A DNA stretch of 46,800 bases, filler included, from Catajapyx aquilonaris (Eukaryota): NCBI GenBank assembly GCA_000934665.2. It is 2 parts of 2 records of this genome, joined end to end, with 100 filler letters (N's around TTAATTAATTAA, not from the genome) between each part and the next. Parts side by side here need not be neighbours in the genome. Positions count along the whole stretch, not along the records: positions 23,457 to 46,800 come from JYFJ02005699.1; 1 more part is not named here. One strand, written 5' to 3'. Positions within the stretch are counted from its first letter, which is position 1; each line of letters starts with the position of its first letter. The position numbers were made by a program, and so were the translations under genes. Shown here one piece after another: positions 25,030 through 38,799 of the stretch. Under the pieces are notes generated by a model. The model saw nothing but the letters and a program-made list of their open reading frames with translations. It did not search any database and was not told where the DNA came from.

Positions 25030-28000
25030 TTGGAGGCTGGAGATGTCATATTGCAAATCAATGAGAAGGAAGTTTACAAGCTCACTACCAAGGAAGGTGA
25101 GAGAGACTTCAGTCCCTACGGATTCTATTCAGTTGAAAATAAGGTTTTCACTCTTGTCGTATGATATCCTCCGTCCTAATCAAATGCCATCTTCCAGTGT
25201 TGAAGTGTTTGAGGCTCTCAGGTGATGTTGTGACGTTAAAGTTAAAGCGAGGTGAGTGATGAGTGTTTGTGTTGGCGGGTGGCTTTTTAAAAAATATTAT
25301 TTGGAGCATGGCTGGGGGTTTGGTCCTTTTCCTGAATTAACGCTGGTTGGTTTTTGTGTGGTATAACTTTTTTTTTTTGTGCTGCTCTAAGGGAAGTGCT
25401 GCATGCCGCGAGAAGAAGCAAGAAGTTATTGAATGGTTGGCATGTCTGTGGATGGAAGTAACGGGTCGTACAGTGCATGACTTATGTCTTTGGGAGTTGA
25501 ATTCATATAATTTTTTCACGTGATTTTAGCTCAAGCCGTCACGATGCAGTAATTTGATTGAAAGCAATTTTGACACATAATATCACATGGTTTAAAATTT
25601 CAAATAAAACTACAGCATGGGAACGATATGGTAGCATCTCTTCTTAGCGTTATTACAGCATCATTACAGTTCAAATATGAATTTATGCTGTTGAACAGTG
25701 TGTACCTTTCCGCATTCACTGTAGACAAAAAACAAGGTGCAGTAATTTGATTGGAAAAAATATGAAACAATTTTTTAACATAATATCAGATGACTTAAAA
25801 TTTATTTTAAATAAAATTACAGCATGGGAATGATTTGGTTGCATCTCTGATAGGATTATGCATAAACAGCATTGTTACAGCCTTGAATAGTGTGTACTTA
25901 GCCTCATTAACCGTAAACAAAAAGTACGCGGAAAATAACAACAGTATTTGGATTGCGTATATATTTTTTTAAATATGGTAATTCAGTTGCCTTTTGTTGC
26001 TTTTTCGCATCATCCTCGGATAAATATCAATAGTAGCAGCTGTTAATTAAAATATTGGAAGCACTTTTAGTTATATTAGTGCCGTTTTGTTAAGGGCTCA
26101 CACTATTTATGTCCTTTCTTAATACATGTTGCTGCCATGTACTTTTAATTAACTCTGTTTGGCCTTTTAAGTGTTTCTGTATCAGTCTCATGTAATATGT
26201 AAAGTTTGTCGTCCTTTTCGCTGCATGATTCTGAGCAATGGCAGCATTGTTGGGCTGGCCTATCCGTTTTAAATGCAGAGGCTGGCTTTTTTTTTTTTTT
26301 TTGGCAGTACTGCAACTTGAACTGGGGCCAGCCTTATGAGTCGCTGTGCCGAGGTGCTCTCGTAATAGTTGGTGTGTCATTTTGCTGAGTGAGACTGATT
26401 AGTTAAGAGGTGCGCCTGCAGCAGACAATTAGTTTCAATTTTCTTGCCTTGACACAGTTTTCTCTTTGTTTTTTTTCCCCGTCAGACCCAGTGATTAAGG
26501 CGAAGGTGAAGAAGTACCTTTCGGCATCACCCAGCGTGGCCACGATACAACGGGAAGTGGACGGGGTGTCGGGTCCCCCTCAGAGTGGCCCTCGGAAAAA
26601 GAAGAGAGGTGGAGGAAGTGGTTGTGGTGGAGGAAGTGGTAGTAGTGGAGGGGACGCTGGCAGTGCCAACAAGAGTGGGGGCGGCGGGGGTGTGGTGCAG
26701 CGGCACACCAATGGGAACTGCAAAGGCAATGGCGCCAGTGGAGATACATCTGCGGCTGCCGAGGAAGCGCAGGAGAAGAAGCCAAAGGCAAGGAAACTAA
26801 TTTTCAACTTGAATTAAAGCCAACATTCGGACACATGAGTTATTCAATCTAAAACAGTTGCCATGGAGTACAGTCGAGATTCAATAAACCATGAGTGTAA
26901 TCAGGAACTTGTCGGTTACTGAAAAGGTTGGATTACTTGTGGAAATGGATGATCCGCAAATGATTTGAAAAATTAGAAGTCAGTCGAATGTACTCAGCAA
27001 TATTAATTATGAACTCGTCGGTAACAGAAAATATTGAATTACCTGTGGAAATGGTAACAAGATACTAATTACATTAAAGGTAATAATTCTTTGAAAACCC
27101 AGTCGAGTGAACAGAGCAATATTAATTAACTAGTAGCATTTTCACTGTAAGTGAGCGATGCAGCAGACGACGCAATTATGAACTCGATGTGACATTTCCA
27201 TGGTAACGTTTGAGTCGCACTGTAACGAGTCTGAAATATTTTGTCCTTATTTTAAAATTAGGAGATATGGACAAAGAGGTCGTGAGTTTAATATTGGTGT
27301 AAAATTAATTAAATGCAACAGATTAGCAAAGAAGTTCATCACAGATAGTGGACAATCAGTTATGAGTTTCATGTATATAATGCTAATATTTTGAACATTT
27401 TGTTGCCAAATCATCGAGGGGTTAGTCACTTCTGAAGTCCTTCGTACACCGAGACTGAAGTCCAGACAAAGTTTGTGAAGTACGACTGAAGCTAACTCCT
27501 CGACTTACATGCATTTTATGTACTCCAGTGCAATTATTGACCATCAATTCCTCTCCTGCAGGCGCGCTTCGAGGCCTACATGATGACTGGTGACCTGATC
27601 CTAAACCTGTCCAGGACGCCGCAAGGTGCTGATCTTCTCCCGGCACTGGCCCAGCGAAGGGTGGATAGTCTGCGTCAGTCCAGCTCAGTTCCCAGCAGTC
27701 CCAATGAGATGGACCTCGGCCTCAGAAAAAGTGGAACCTCATCGTCACACAAGCGACGAGCCGAACCAAGTCAGGAGGAGCAGGAGGTTCAGGCGTTGTG
27801 TTGCAGTCCGGCGCCCGAAGCCCGACAGATGTTCAGTTATGGCGGTGGGTTTGTGAGGACTTCCCGGTCAGAGGATCACTTGCAACTCAATAAAGACTCG
27901 GTGGCTGCAGCAGTTGACATTGACATTGATGAGGATGTGACGTCGTCGCTTAACACGCTGCTGGACCCGAGGCAGAGCAGTGAGGGTGAGGAAGAAGAGG

Positions 28001-31000
28001 GAGACCCGCGGATAGTGTGGACCTACAATGCACCTGTGTCGTCTCCTGAGGACGGCCAAGTTGTGTCCGGGCCCAGCACCACGGACAGTTCCTCAGGCGC
28101 AATGTCCCCGGGCCACTCGCTCAGTCCAAACTCGCCCACGTCCATATCGTCGTCCATCATGTCAAGTGACTCCCCTAAAAAGGGGGTCCCACAGGCGGAG
28201 GTTGATAGTGAGCTGTTGTTGCACAACGGTGATGTTACGAATGACGAGGATGAGGAGATGTCAAGTCCGGAGCAGGAAAGGAGGACGCAGCCGGAGAAGG
28301 AGAGGAGAAAAGAAGCGTCGTCGAGAGGCAGGCGAAGAGGAGACGAGAACAAGATTGTGATCGAAGTAAAAGGGCCGGACTACACCGAGATGTCGCCAAA
28401 GTCAAGTCCAGGAAGGACTGTCGGTACAGCAGGACCGCTTATGGTGAGTCTGTTCAGTACATTTTGGAGTCCGCAATTTTAATCTAACACATTTGCAGCA
28501 CACACTGTCTGCTGGACTCACTGCCTGCCAACAGTGCTCACCGAGTTCCAGCTCCGGAAACGTGACTCCCGACATGGTCAACTACCAAGAACTGAGGGAA
28601 TCTGAAGACGAAATAACGATGTTAAGTGAATCGGAGGACAACACAGGGAAGGGTGCCAACAGCCGTATGCAGCCGCAAACGTCCCCACCACTCTCGGAGG
28701 ACGAGTCTGATCTTGACAGCCTTCACAGCTTCCACTACAGCCCAAAGGCGGTTGACATTCCGTCAGCGGTTCGTTTAGCAAAGAGACTGTACACGTTGGA
28801 CGGGTTCAAAAAGTCTGACGTCTCACGGCATTTGAGCAAGAACAATGACTTCTCTAGGGCGGTGGCCGAGGAGTACCTCAAGTACTTCACCTTCGAGACG
28901 GATTCTCTGGATCTAGCCCTTCGCAAGTTCCTGAAGCAGTTCAGCCTCACGGGGGAGACTCAGGAGAGGGAAAGGGTCTTGGTGCATTTCTCTAAGCGTT
29001 TTCTCGACTGCAACCCTACTGGAAGTTTCAACTCACAGGTAACATGCACGTCAAGAGCATGTGTTTGGTGGAGGATGACTAGATGCTACATGTTGTGTTT
29101 GTCAAGATGTGTTAGCTGACATCGGAAGTGAGAAAAATATTTCAAGAAAGTTTGTGCCATTGGCCGCATTCATATGCAGGCGATGGTGCGGATCGCTTAC
29201 ATGTAAACGCGGCTGAAAGCAAGTAAAAATTGTAATTTGTTTCTGATGTTAACCTTTGCTGAGCCGCTGAGTACAAAACAATTACTTCTCTAAACAGTCC
29301 CCGGAAACTGTAATGAGCTATGTGCGTATGCAAGTGTATGTGTTGCATGATTCATGTTTTCTTCAATCAGGATGCTGTGCACACCTTGACTTGTGCCATA
29401 ATGCTGCTCAATACCGACCTTCACGGGACTGGTGCTGGAAGGAAGATGACCTGCGCGGAGTTTGTGGAGAATCTGGCTGAGCTCAACGACGGGGAGAACT
29501 TCCCTAGGGAGGTACTGAAGCAGCTGTACCATGCCATCAAGACGCAGCCGCTGGAGTGGGCAGTGTAAGTAGTTGTGTTCAGTGTTTACGGCACTAAACC
29601 GAAGCAATGTATAACGCTGTGGATGCCTCGATTCGCAGTGATGAAGAGACGGGAGAAGCAGTGAGCCAGCCCCAGGCCAAGCCTTTAGAGACTCCGAGTG
29701 CAATAGGGCAGAACCCCTTCCTGGAAGTCCCCAACGTCACTGTCGCCACGGAGTACAAGAAAGGCTACGTCATGAGGAAGTGCTGCATAGATCCAAACGG
29801 GAAAAAGAGTGAGTCCGATCAAGCCTCAGATGCTTGGTTCAGAATACTGCGGATTCATTCCAGGAACATCTTAACATGAATTACATTCAGTCAAATTTTA
29901 TGCTGATGTAGGAAATGTTTCATTGAAATTTACCGACAATTTATCGGCCCGGCACATTCAGCGTGTAAAGTGTCGTGAATCAGTTGACTTATTTCCTGCC
30001 GTTTTCAGCTCCGTTTGGCCGCCGTGGTTGGAAGATGTTTCACTGCACCTTGAAAGACATGGTGGTTTACCTCCACAAGGATGAGCATGGGAGTGGGCAG
30101 AAGAACCAGCTGTACGAGAACCTGCACAATGCGATCCGGGTGCATCACGCCCTTGCGACCAAGGCTGCGGACTACTCCAAGAAGCAGCATGTCTTCCGCC
30201 TCCAGACGGCCGACCAGGCCGAGTACCTCTTCCAAACCAGCGATGCAAAGGAGCTCCAGTCCTGGACGGACGCCATCAACTTCGTGGCCGCTTCCCTGTC
30301 AGCTCCTCCACTGGCCAGCGGGGTCGGATCGCAAAGGAGATTCCAGAGGCCGCTCCTGCCTTGCAGTCACACGAAGCTCAACCTTGTAAGTACAGCAGTG
30401 AGTTTTGCCAACTGAAGTAACCGCAATGTGACATTTGCCCGCAGCGTGAGCAGTTGCACAGTCATGAGCAGCACGTCCTGAGGCTGGAGCAGGAGTTTGA
30501 GGAGCACAGGAAGCATCCGCCCGAGAGAGGCACCAAGGCTCTCTTCGTGCAGAACTACAAGGAGAAGGACGCCTACGTGCAGTTTGAGGTGTGTTGTCCG
30601 CCGGTTAAGTTCACCATCTTGGGTTTTATTAGGCCGCATTTATTTACGTAATTACATGTGAGCGATTTGATCATGGATGTGCAGCTATTTGGAGCGATAT
30701 TGTTACCACAATTGTTACTTTCCCTGCACATTGCTGATCAAGTCGCTCACATGTAAACCGCACCGATGAAATCAATTGTTTGCTTCCAAAGCGCAATTGT
30801 TACTTTTGCCCCAAACAATTGGTTTTATCGCTCAGCAATGCTCATTGCTGATCAAATCACTGACATGTTTGTCGAAGTGTGAACTGCTGTTGGAGCCGTC
30901 ACCAATTCTTTACCTATCCGCAGCTGAAGAGGTACAGGACGTACGTGTCCCTCCTGCGCACCAAGATGGCCCAGTACCCCGAACTGGAGCCGTCGCTAGT

Positions 31001-31229
31001 GGAAACCTGCATAGGAGAGGTTGACGAACGGGCCGAACGAGACGGGGAGGTGATGGGTGTGCCGACGCTGGACACGCCTCCGCCGCAAAAGGCCTTGGTG
31101 CCAGCAGTGCTGCCAGCCTCGGAAGGAGCCGTGGTTCCCCCGCCGGTGCCAGAACGGCAGCAGCAACAGGACAGGAGGCACACAACGGATAGGTACAGTT
31201 ACAGGGCAGCCATCTATAGCAGTAGCTGA
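25030..31229 (+). CDS. Efa6: Efa6/PSD Arf6 guanine-nucleotide exchange factor (PDZ, MTED, Sec7, PH, coiled coil); first coding exon(s) not found
   Basis: Phase-consistent exons 25030-25096, 25198-25251 ([43 protein letters not shown]), 26486-26787, 27562-28443 ([22 protein letters not shown]), 28499-29038 and 29371-29564 (Sec7: [23 protein letters not shown]), 29639-29808 and 30009-30385 (PH), 30445-30588, 30924-31229. Confidence 0.93.
30652..30756. mobile_element. Intronic hairpin MITE-like element, related to a shorter copy at 29163-29213
   Basis: TTACATGTGAGCGATTTGATCA / TGATCAAGTCGCTCACATGTAA arms; both elements end in CGCT(C/T)ACATGTAAAC. Confidence 0.55.
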
Positions 31230-34200
31230 GGACGGGCCAACCGTGGCCACCGTCGTAACAGTAGCGGTGGCTGGTTGTGGGACTGGTGGCGGACCTGGTG
31301 GTGGGAGAACGTAGGGGGAATGCAAATGAAATGAATGGGTGGGAGAAAAAAAATTGCGGTTCACTAATATTTTCTAAAAGGGACAACAGTTGGGAGTCAA
31401 AGTAGCGTAGATCTGTACCGTAACTATTGTTACCCCCATCCAAACTTTTCCCCTCCTGTCCTTTCCTTCTAACTGTCTTAACCGGTACTTTTTAGGTTGC
31501 TTTGCAACAAAGTATGGAAATTATTAGATTTGAATATTTCCAATGGTGAGACGTCAGGTTCTTCCCCCTATTGTTTACCGTGCTTTTTATCGGCTGCATT
31601 TATCTTCAATTCTTCGACTGGGTGATGGAAGCGCACTGAATTTCCACTTCAGCCCGCACTGATTTTTTGGGGGGGTTTTGCATGTGGGGCATTTGGGAGG
31701 AGCTGGACTGATTGCGTTTCTTCTCATTTTTCATGATTTGCAAAAAAAAGTCATTTTTCCCGAGGGTGCAAGAGTGGAGCTTGAGTTATTGAGACGACAA
31801 CCAGTGTTGGGAAGTGATCCGAGTAGAAAGTAACCAGATGTGTTTATAAATAGGTAAAAAAAACACACACATTTTCCATCGATAGCGATGTAACTGTAGA
31901 GATTGTTCATACGTATATTTTGTAATGCCCTGTATGGGCGGATAAAGCCCTGGCATTACTCCCATGTTATAATTATCGTAAGAAGGGGGCTCTGTTTTTG
32001 TAGCAATATTTGTAAATGTTATTGTAATTTATATATATATATATATACACCGAAGAAAAATTAAATGGAGCTGAGCTGTTAAAGGCCATTTTTACACAAT
32101 TTTTGGGAGAGTACTGCAGCGTTACATTAGCTGTAATAATTAATGGGCCAGTAAGTAAGTCCCAACAGTTATTTCTCGACCTTAACGTCAGTTTAGATTT
32201 ATAGACGTTTTTTTAATTATTTTGGTGCTTTTTACGGAGTAAATTTGTTAACTCTCCCGAATTTAAAAAAAAAGGGGAGAAACATGCAAGTACCTTCAAG
32301 AGAAGTAGTGTTTAATCCGAAGTTTATTTTATTAAGAAATAGCCAGAGCTAGTTTATTAATTATGCAAGTAAATCGGATCTGTTGTCGTAGCTAACGTTT
32401 TTTTTTTTTTTAAATACGGAATGTAAACTACCTTGTACTCTAGTTACTTTTAAACCTGCTTTCCCAACACTGGTTATGCAAAATATTGACCTTGGATTCG
32501 AGTTGACGAATCCCATTGTTGCCCATCCATTTGGCAAAAAGTTTTTGCAGAATTCCTCTTTTTTTTCCAAACGTTCAATTGCTCGCCATTTACGTGTAAA
32601 ATTTAGCAGTCCCTCTCGTTCACTTTTCCATGACTGGATCCGAACCGCATTGGATTTGCATCTTTCTGTCAGTTCGTGCCTAACGAAAGGTTAATTAGGG
32701 GAAATTATTAATACGTACACAGGTCTCAATTGATTTACCTCTTGCAAACTAAAGGTAATAAAATGTTACAACAATACTGCAGGAGTACTTATGCATTCCA
32801 TGTTATGCATATTATTATAATTAATTAATAATGTTCATATTACTTTAGCAACATGTTTCACGAAAGCTGAGAATACTCGAACGTACGTCCAATGCGGTGC
32901 GGATACTTTTTTTTTTTTTTTGCACGTTGTCTTCTGCCTGTGCAATTTTACTTAGCCGTAGAACCTGTTTAGCCATAATTTTTTTTATATAAATCAGATG
33001 CCAAAAAAAAAAAGAAATTTCACAAATTATTTTGCACTTATTTTTATTTTTCTCTCTCTCTCTTTTTCTCATGTGTAGAAAATGAAACGGACGAAAACAA
33101 AAACACACAAACCTAAAAAAAAAAAAAAATTAATGAGACTGGTGACAAAAAACTCAAGACTCATATGTAACGTACATGTCGTTTGCACATAGGCCCAGGT
33201 ACATAGAGAGGGAGACGCACTTGTGAGAGACTTCATGGAAACGGAAAAGCTTGGCGGAAAATTTTTGTGGGGCGCAAATTTTCCGCAGTCAAAAAAATGG
33301 CCAAGATGTGTGAGTGACCTTTAATTTTTTCTCTCTCTCTCATATTTATTTGAATTATGATAACATCGTCCAACTTTAATTCTCATCTTACTTTTCTTTT
33401 CATTCTCAACCCCCTCCCTAGTTCAATGTGTGGGTCCATTTCGAAAGCATTTCAAGTGTGAAAATATTTGCATTCCGCTAATTTTTAACAAAAAAAAAAA
33501 AAAAGTGTGTGAAGTTTTCTCAAGGATGGCCAAAAAAAAAAAAAAAAAAAAAAACTTCGCTCAAGAGACGGAGACAATTTTTTTTTTCTTCCCCCTCCCA
33601 GTTTCCCCCGTCAAACCCCCAGTTTTGTATTTAAAATATTATACACGTTATTACTGTGAGAAAAAATAAGGGTTTTTGTGCCAAAAACTTTTTTGAAAAG
33701 TGGACAAGTTGGTGCCAAATCGCCTCCTCCGAGAGAAGAAAATTTGTGTGGAAAAAAATGTGGCTCAGATTTTTTTTTCCCCCCCCTCTTTCTCCTCCCC
33801 AGCCGTTGAGTGCGTGAAATAAAAAAAGTGAGCGATTATTGTAAAGTGTGCGTAAGTGAGGGAGGATGGTTTATTTTTAAGCGTGTTACATACGTTATAT
33901 TTTTTTTTGTGTCTATTTCAGCCCCCAATGCCCTCTCCTCCCCTGCATTAAAATGATTTTTTTTTTTGAAGACGTGCAGATGGTTGAGATGTATATACTG
34001 TGTATAAAAGAGCAGAGAGGATTGGTTAATTTTTTTTTTTTTGTTAATTTTTTTTTGTGTGAAAAGGGGGGAAGGTGTAATTGTACATAAATTTAACCAT
34101 CATCCAGCCATAATATTTAATGAAGGGTACAGCCCAGTAACAATTAGTCCGATGTACGATGGAGGGGGGAAAAAAAAAGTGCTTGAATTTTATTTGAGAT

Positions 34201-34974
34201 GATTGTTGGTTCGATGCAATTTGAATAATGAAAGAAGAATAAATCCCAATCCTCCCTGTCGTCATTGGTGATATTTAAAGAAGAGGAAGAAAGAAGAAGA
34301 AGAAGACGGAAAAATAATAATAATAATAATGGAGAATCGTACTGTACGCTGTTCCTTGTGCCTAATGTAGGTGCTGAAACAAGTTGTGCATTATTTATTG
34401 GTAAAATAAATTGAGTAACGGAACCCCTCGCCAACTGTTATTGCCAGTAGCATGTTGATATATTTACAGTAAAACCTGTTCATAACGTACCCTGAATAAA
34501 TTGGAAGCTTGTCCGATGCAGAATTATTTCTAGCTGACGGTGGAAACCTGTCCAGAATTTTTTTTTTGGGGTCCCATACCATTTTGCTGTAATTAGTGCG
34601 AATTAATTACACCTACCAGGTACAGTCTGTACATGAAATCAGGGCTGCCATTTGACTATTTGCTTCCTATTTGTAAGTGATGGTTACATTTGGGTCATTG
34701 TACACAGCCAGGATTTAGTGCCTGTTCTCGTATCTCCGACTTACGTAATGTACTTAGAGAATTACACCATTTTGTACTGTTACTTTACCCATCATTAAGG
34801 TGCATTTTGGTAGTAATGGGCTTGTCGGAAGGAGAAAATCTTGCTGGTGTAAAGAAATATTATATATCGTCACTTGTAATATATACATCATTGCTATCCC
34901 CTCCGCCTGACACATTCTCCATTTTCCAGGTATAGTGATACAAACAAACAGTAACAAAGTAGCAGTAAACAGTA

Positions 34975-35097
34975 CTGCCGTCCCATGAAAACAAGCCGTA
35001 TCTGCAAAACCGTTCGAGTCGTCTTGCCAGTGCTCTAGAGTGGGAAAGTCGACTCTTAACGGTTTTGCAGATACGGCTTTTTTCCATGGGACGGCAG
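34975..35097. mobile_element. Hairpin MITE with Stowaway/mariner-like ends
   Basis: CTGCCGTCCCATG..AAGCCGTATCTGCAAAACCGTT arm mirrored by AACGGTTTTGCAGATACGGCTT..CATGGGACGGCAG; TA dinucleotides at or near both ends. Confidence 0.65.
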
Positions 35098-35119
35098 AGT
35101 AGCAGCCTAGTAACAAACT

Positions 35120-35700
35120 AACAAGTAGCAGTAGCTTAAACTGCAGCAGTAGCTTAAACTGTAACAAGTAACAGTAGCTTAAACTGTATCAAGTAGCAGT
35201 AACAAGTAACAGGAGCTTGAACTGTAACAAGTAGCAGTAACAAGTAACAGTAGCTTGAACTGTAACAAGTAGCAGTAACAAGTAACAGTAGCTTGAACTG
35301 TAACAAGAAGCAGTAACAAGTAACAGTAGCTTGAACTGTAACAAGTAGCAGTAACAAGTAACAGTAGCTTGAACTGTAACAAGTAGCTGTAACAAGTAAC
35401 AGCTTAAACTGTAACAAGTATCAGTAGCTGAAACTGTAACAAGTAGCAGTAACAAGTAATGGTAGCTTAAACTGTAACAATAAGTAGCAGTAACAAGTAA
35501 CAGTAGCTGAAACTGTAACAAGTAGCTGTAACAAGTAGCAGTAACAAGTAATGGTAGCTTAAACTGTAACAATAAGTAGCAGTAACAAGTAACAGTAGCT
35601 GAAACTGTAACAAGTAGCTGTAACAAGTAACAGATTAAACTGTAACATGAAGTAACAGTAGGTCAGTAGCTTAAACATTAAACTGTAACAAGTAACAGTT
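35120..35700. repeat. Minisatellite, ~38-bp unit
   Basis: Tandem AACTGTAACAAGTAGCAGTAACAAGTAACAGTAGCTTG and variants, built from GTAACAA/GTAGCA subunits. Confidence 0.9.
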
Positions 35701-36476
35701 GCTCTTGGTAATAGTATTGGAAAACTGACAGGCAAATAAACAAACGGTCATACAGTAGCAGTAGCGAACGAACGAACTGTGCCTTTTATATTTGTTTTGT
35801 TTTTTTTGTTTTTTAAATAAGAGGCTGGACCTGAGGGCCGGACCGCGTCTCTTTTCATTTTTTTGATATATATTTTTTTGGAGGTTTCGAACAATTGCGC
35901 CTCATTTCCTCTCGTTGTTTCTTTAATTCTCCGCACCGTGTCGGGGATGGCGCCACGGTCGCCCAACAATGGACGAAGATTGATCAGCTTCTCTCTCTCC
36001 CGACGGCGGAATAATCTTCTTCTTCTTTGGGGTTCGCCCTGCCCGCTACCCCAGGCCCCCCCCCCGAAGAGGATGGGGGCGCACCCGTGAGGGGGCCAAG
36101 GTACGGGACACCCCACCCAGGGGCAGACACCCACCAGGGGCCAACACATTCCCCCTTTTTTTAATATAAGACAAAACGACGCCTCCCCGCCGCGAGGCAA
36201 ATCCAGGGCGAAAACGGGAGGGAAGCCATTTTGTGTGTTCCAAGTGTTCTTTTTTTGGGGGGCCCATTGAAAATAAATGGTACATTTTGTGGCTGACCCT
36301 TATGATTACAGTGGTGACCTTATGACCTTTGTTTGCAAGTTGCTGTACTTGAGTGACATTAGCACTTCTGTAGTACTGGGAGTGCCCAAATGAGCTGACC
36401 TTAATGTTTGTGAGCAGTGTCATTGACCTTACTGGGAGCTCTTTTTGACCTTGTTTGTGACTCCTGACCTTGCAGG

Positions 36477-38695
36477 ATGAGCCCGGCCCAGTTCCTGGTC
36501 CGTTGGGAGGGCCACCCGGGCCACCTGATGGGCCGGCTGGGCAAGCTGGTGGAGCAGCAGAAGTTTGCGGACGTGATGCTCGTTTGCGAGCAGCAGAGCG
36601 TCAAAGCGCACAGGGTCGTGCTGGCCGCATGCTCCCCGTACTTCGAGGCGCTGCTGGAGTCGCAGGCCGGGCCCACCCCGACGCTGGTGTTCAACGACAT
36701 GCGGTTCTCCATACTCAAAGCGCTGGTGGAGTTCATGTACTCGGGGGAGACCAGCGTGACGCAGAAGGATCTCGTCGGGCTGCTCAGATCCGCCGAGCAC
36801 TTCCAGATTAAAGGTGACGCTTTGTGTTTCTTACTCATGAGCAATGGAGTGTAACGAGCTTGTTGCAGGTTTGTGCGAGGTGGCAGCCGACTCGCTAGAG
36901 CCGTTAACGACCATCGAGCGTAAGACGGACGCATCGAATGATGTGGATAATGAGGACCAGACGGAGGAGACAGTCGTGGTCATTGATGGGACGTCCACAG
37001 CTAAAGACGACGACAACCAGGATGCGCAACAAGCATCGACGTCGACGGCCAGGTTGTTACTGTCGCTGGCTGCCGGTAATTCCGGCAGCACCGAAAGAGT
37101 TGTACTGAAAGCACCAAGGGCTGCCCCGGGGTCTAGAGCCACACCGTATGGACGTCCCGGACAGAAGAAGTGCAGCATACCGGTCAGCTCGAGCGTGTCG
37201 CCCATCCGGTTAGACCAGAGCATGCAGCAAACAGCAGGTCGGTAGAATCTTTGACGAACATTGCAATGAGTGTAATTGTTTGTACGTCAGGTGCAGCCAA
37301 AAGCACGGTGGCGAAGAATGAGCATAACGGCAGTGGCGATGTGGTAGCCATGGCGCTGTCAGACCTTGAGGATTCCACCGCCGAAGTGTCCATCCTGCCG
37401 GACAATGGCGTTGCGGACATTGTGGTCGAGGACACAGTGGAGGAAGACAGCTCACGGCAGACTTTTTTAGCGAATGAGTCCCACTCTTCCCTATCCGGAT
37501 CCTCCCGCGGCGCCGCGGCTGATCTGGATGCCGCCAACCCTGAAGCCACTTCAGGTCCGGACGGCAGGTTGAGTGGGACACCCAAGAGGCGCAAAACATT
37601 AAGGTAATTCGCAGGTGGTATGTTACACGTATGCGACATAACAATTTCGCATGCACAGATCTGACCCGCTGGCGTTGGATTGTGCCAACCAGACGTCGCA
37701 AAAGTCGGAGGAGATAACCATCACTCTGCCTGACGGTACGTCACTGGATGACTGTCCGCCCGGCACCGTCGTTCTAGTGCGGACTGGCGACGGCAAGGCG
37801 GACAATGCGGGCAGAGAGGACAATACATTGTATGTGACCACGTGCGAGGATGGACAGCTGATGGACGAGTCGGAAGCCAGCCAGGAGGTCGGCCAGGTGC
37901 TGACCGTTCTAAGCTCAGGAGGGCCGATCTTCAAGTCGGAGCCGACGATACTGAAGAAAGGACGCAGGGCTGCTAGGCAGCAGACAGCAGCAGACGGATC
38001 CAGACCTGTCGTACAGAAGGTGTGTAGCAGCAATTGAGGCGTACCGAGTAATAACGTGCTGTACTTACAGCGGGGGAATCCGAACCGGCGGACGCAGCAT
38101 GAAGGGTTCATCCTGATTGAAGAGATCGAGCCGACTAAGCCGGGCGAGCCGCCTAAGCGAACGTGGGAGTGCGTCATATGCAAGAAGCACTACCACTTCA
38201 GCTTCCAGTTGACCATACACAGGTTCGTGCGGTCGTACCTTCCCGGTTTGTACCGTTTGTTCAATGTCTCAATCCCGCAGGCGTTTCCACAGTGGCGACC
38301 GTCCATACGTGTGCGAGGTGTGCAAGAAGGGCTTCACTTGCGCTGGTGATCTTCGCCGGCATGACACCATGCACAAGGGGGACAGGCCGTACCGCTGCGA
38401 GCACTGCGACAAGCGGTTCAAGCTGAAGTCGCAGGTGGGCACCCACGTGTCCCGAGTCCACCTCAACCTGAGGCCGCACAAGTGCAACGTGTGCGGTTCG
38501 GGTTTCACGGACAGTTCAAAGCTCAAGTCGCACACGATGGTGCACACTGGGGACAGGCCCTTCCAGTGCCCGGACTGCCAGAAGGCCTTCCGCACCCACT
38601 CGAAGGTCAAAGAGCACGTCAGAGCAGTGCACTGCAGCTGGCCTCCCATCGTGCTGAAGGATAAGGAAGGAAACGACGAGAAAAAAGTGAACTGA
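36477..38695 (+). CDS. BTB/POZ + five C2H2 zinc-finger transcription factor (tramtrack/broad-type BTB), about 648 aa
   Basis: Exons 36477-36813, 36869-37237, 37291-37603, 37659-38019, 38071-38222, 38281-38695; five GT-AG introns of 51-58 nt; 1947 nt in total. BTB: QFLVRWEGH..FADVMLVCE..KAHRVVLAACSPYF..LVEFMYSGE..AEHFQIKGL. Fingers have GDRPY/GDRPF linkers. Confidence 0.92.
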
Positions 38696-38799
38696 CAATT
38701 GCGTCACGTACAATAGTGTGAGTTGAACCGTCGTGTTCGACAGTGTAAGCCCAGCACTTTCACCCCACCCCCACAATATTAACGGCAAATAAATTTTAC

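Noticed and set aside
31230..34500. Short ORFs downstream of Efa6
   Set aside because: Homopolymer-rich, low-complexity sequence consistent with a long 3' UTR or intergenic DNA.
35120..35700. CRISPR-like array or Cys/Tyr/Leu-rich ORFs
   Set aside because: Units are contiguous with no unique spacers and no cas genes; the ORFs are translations of the minisatellite.
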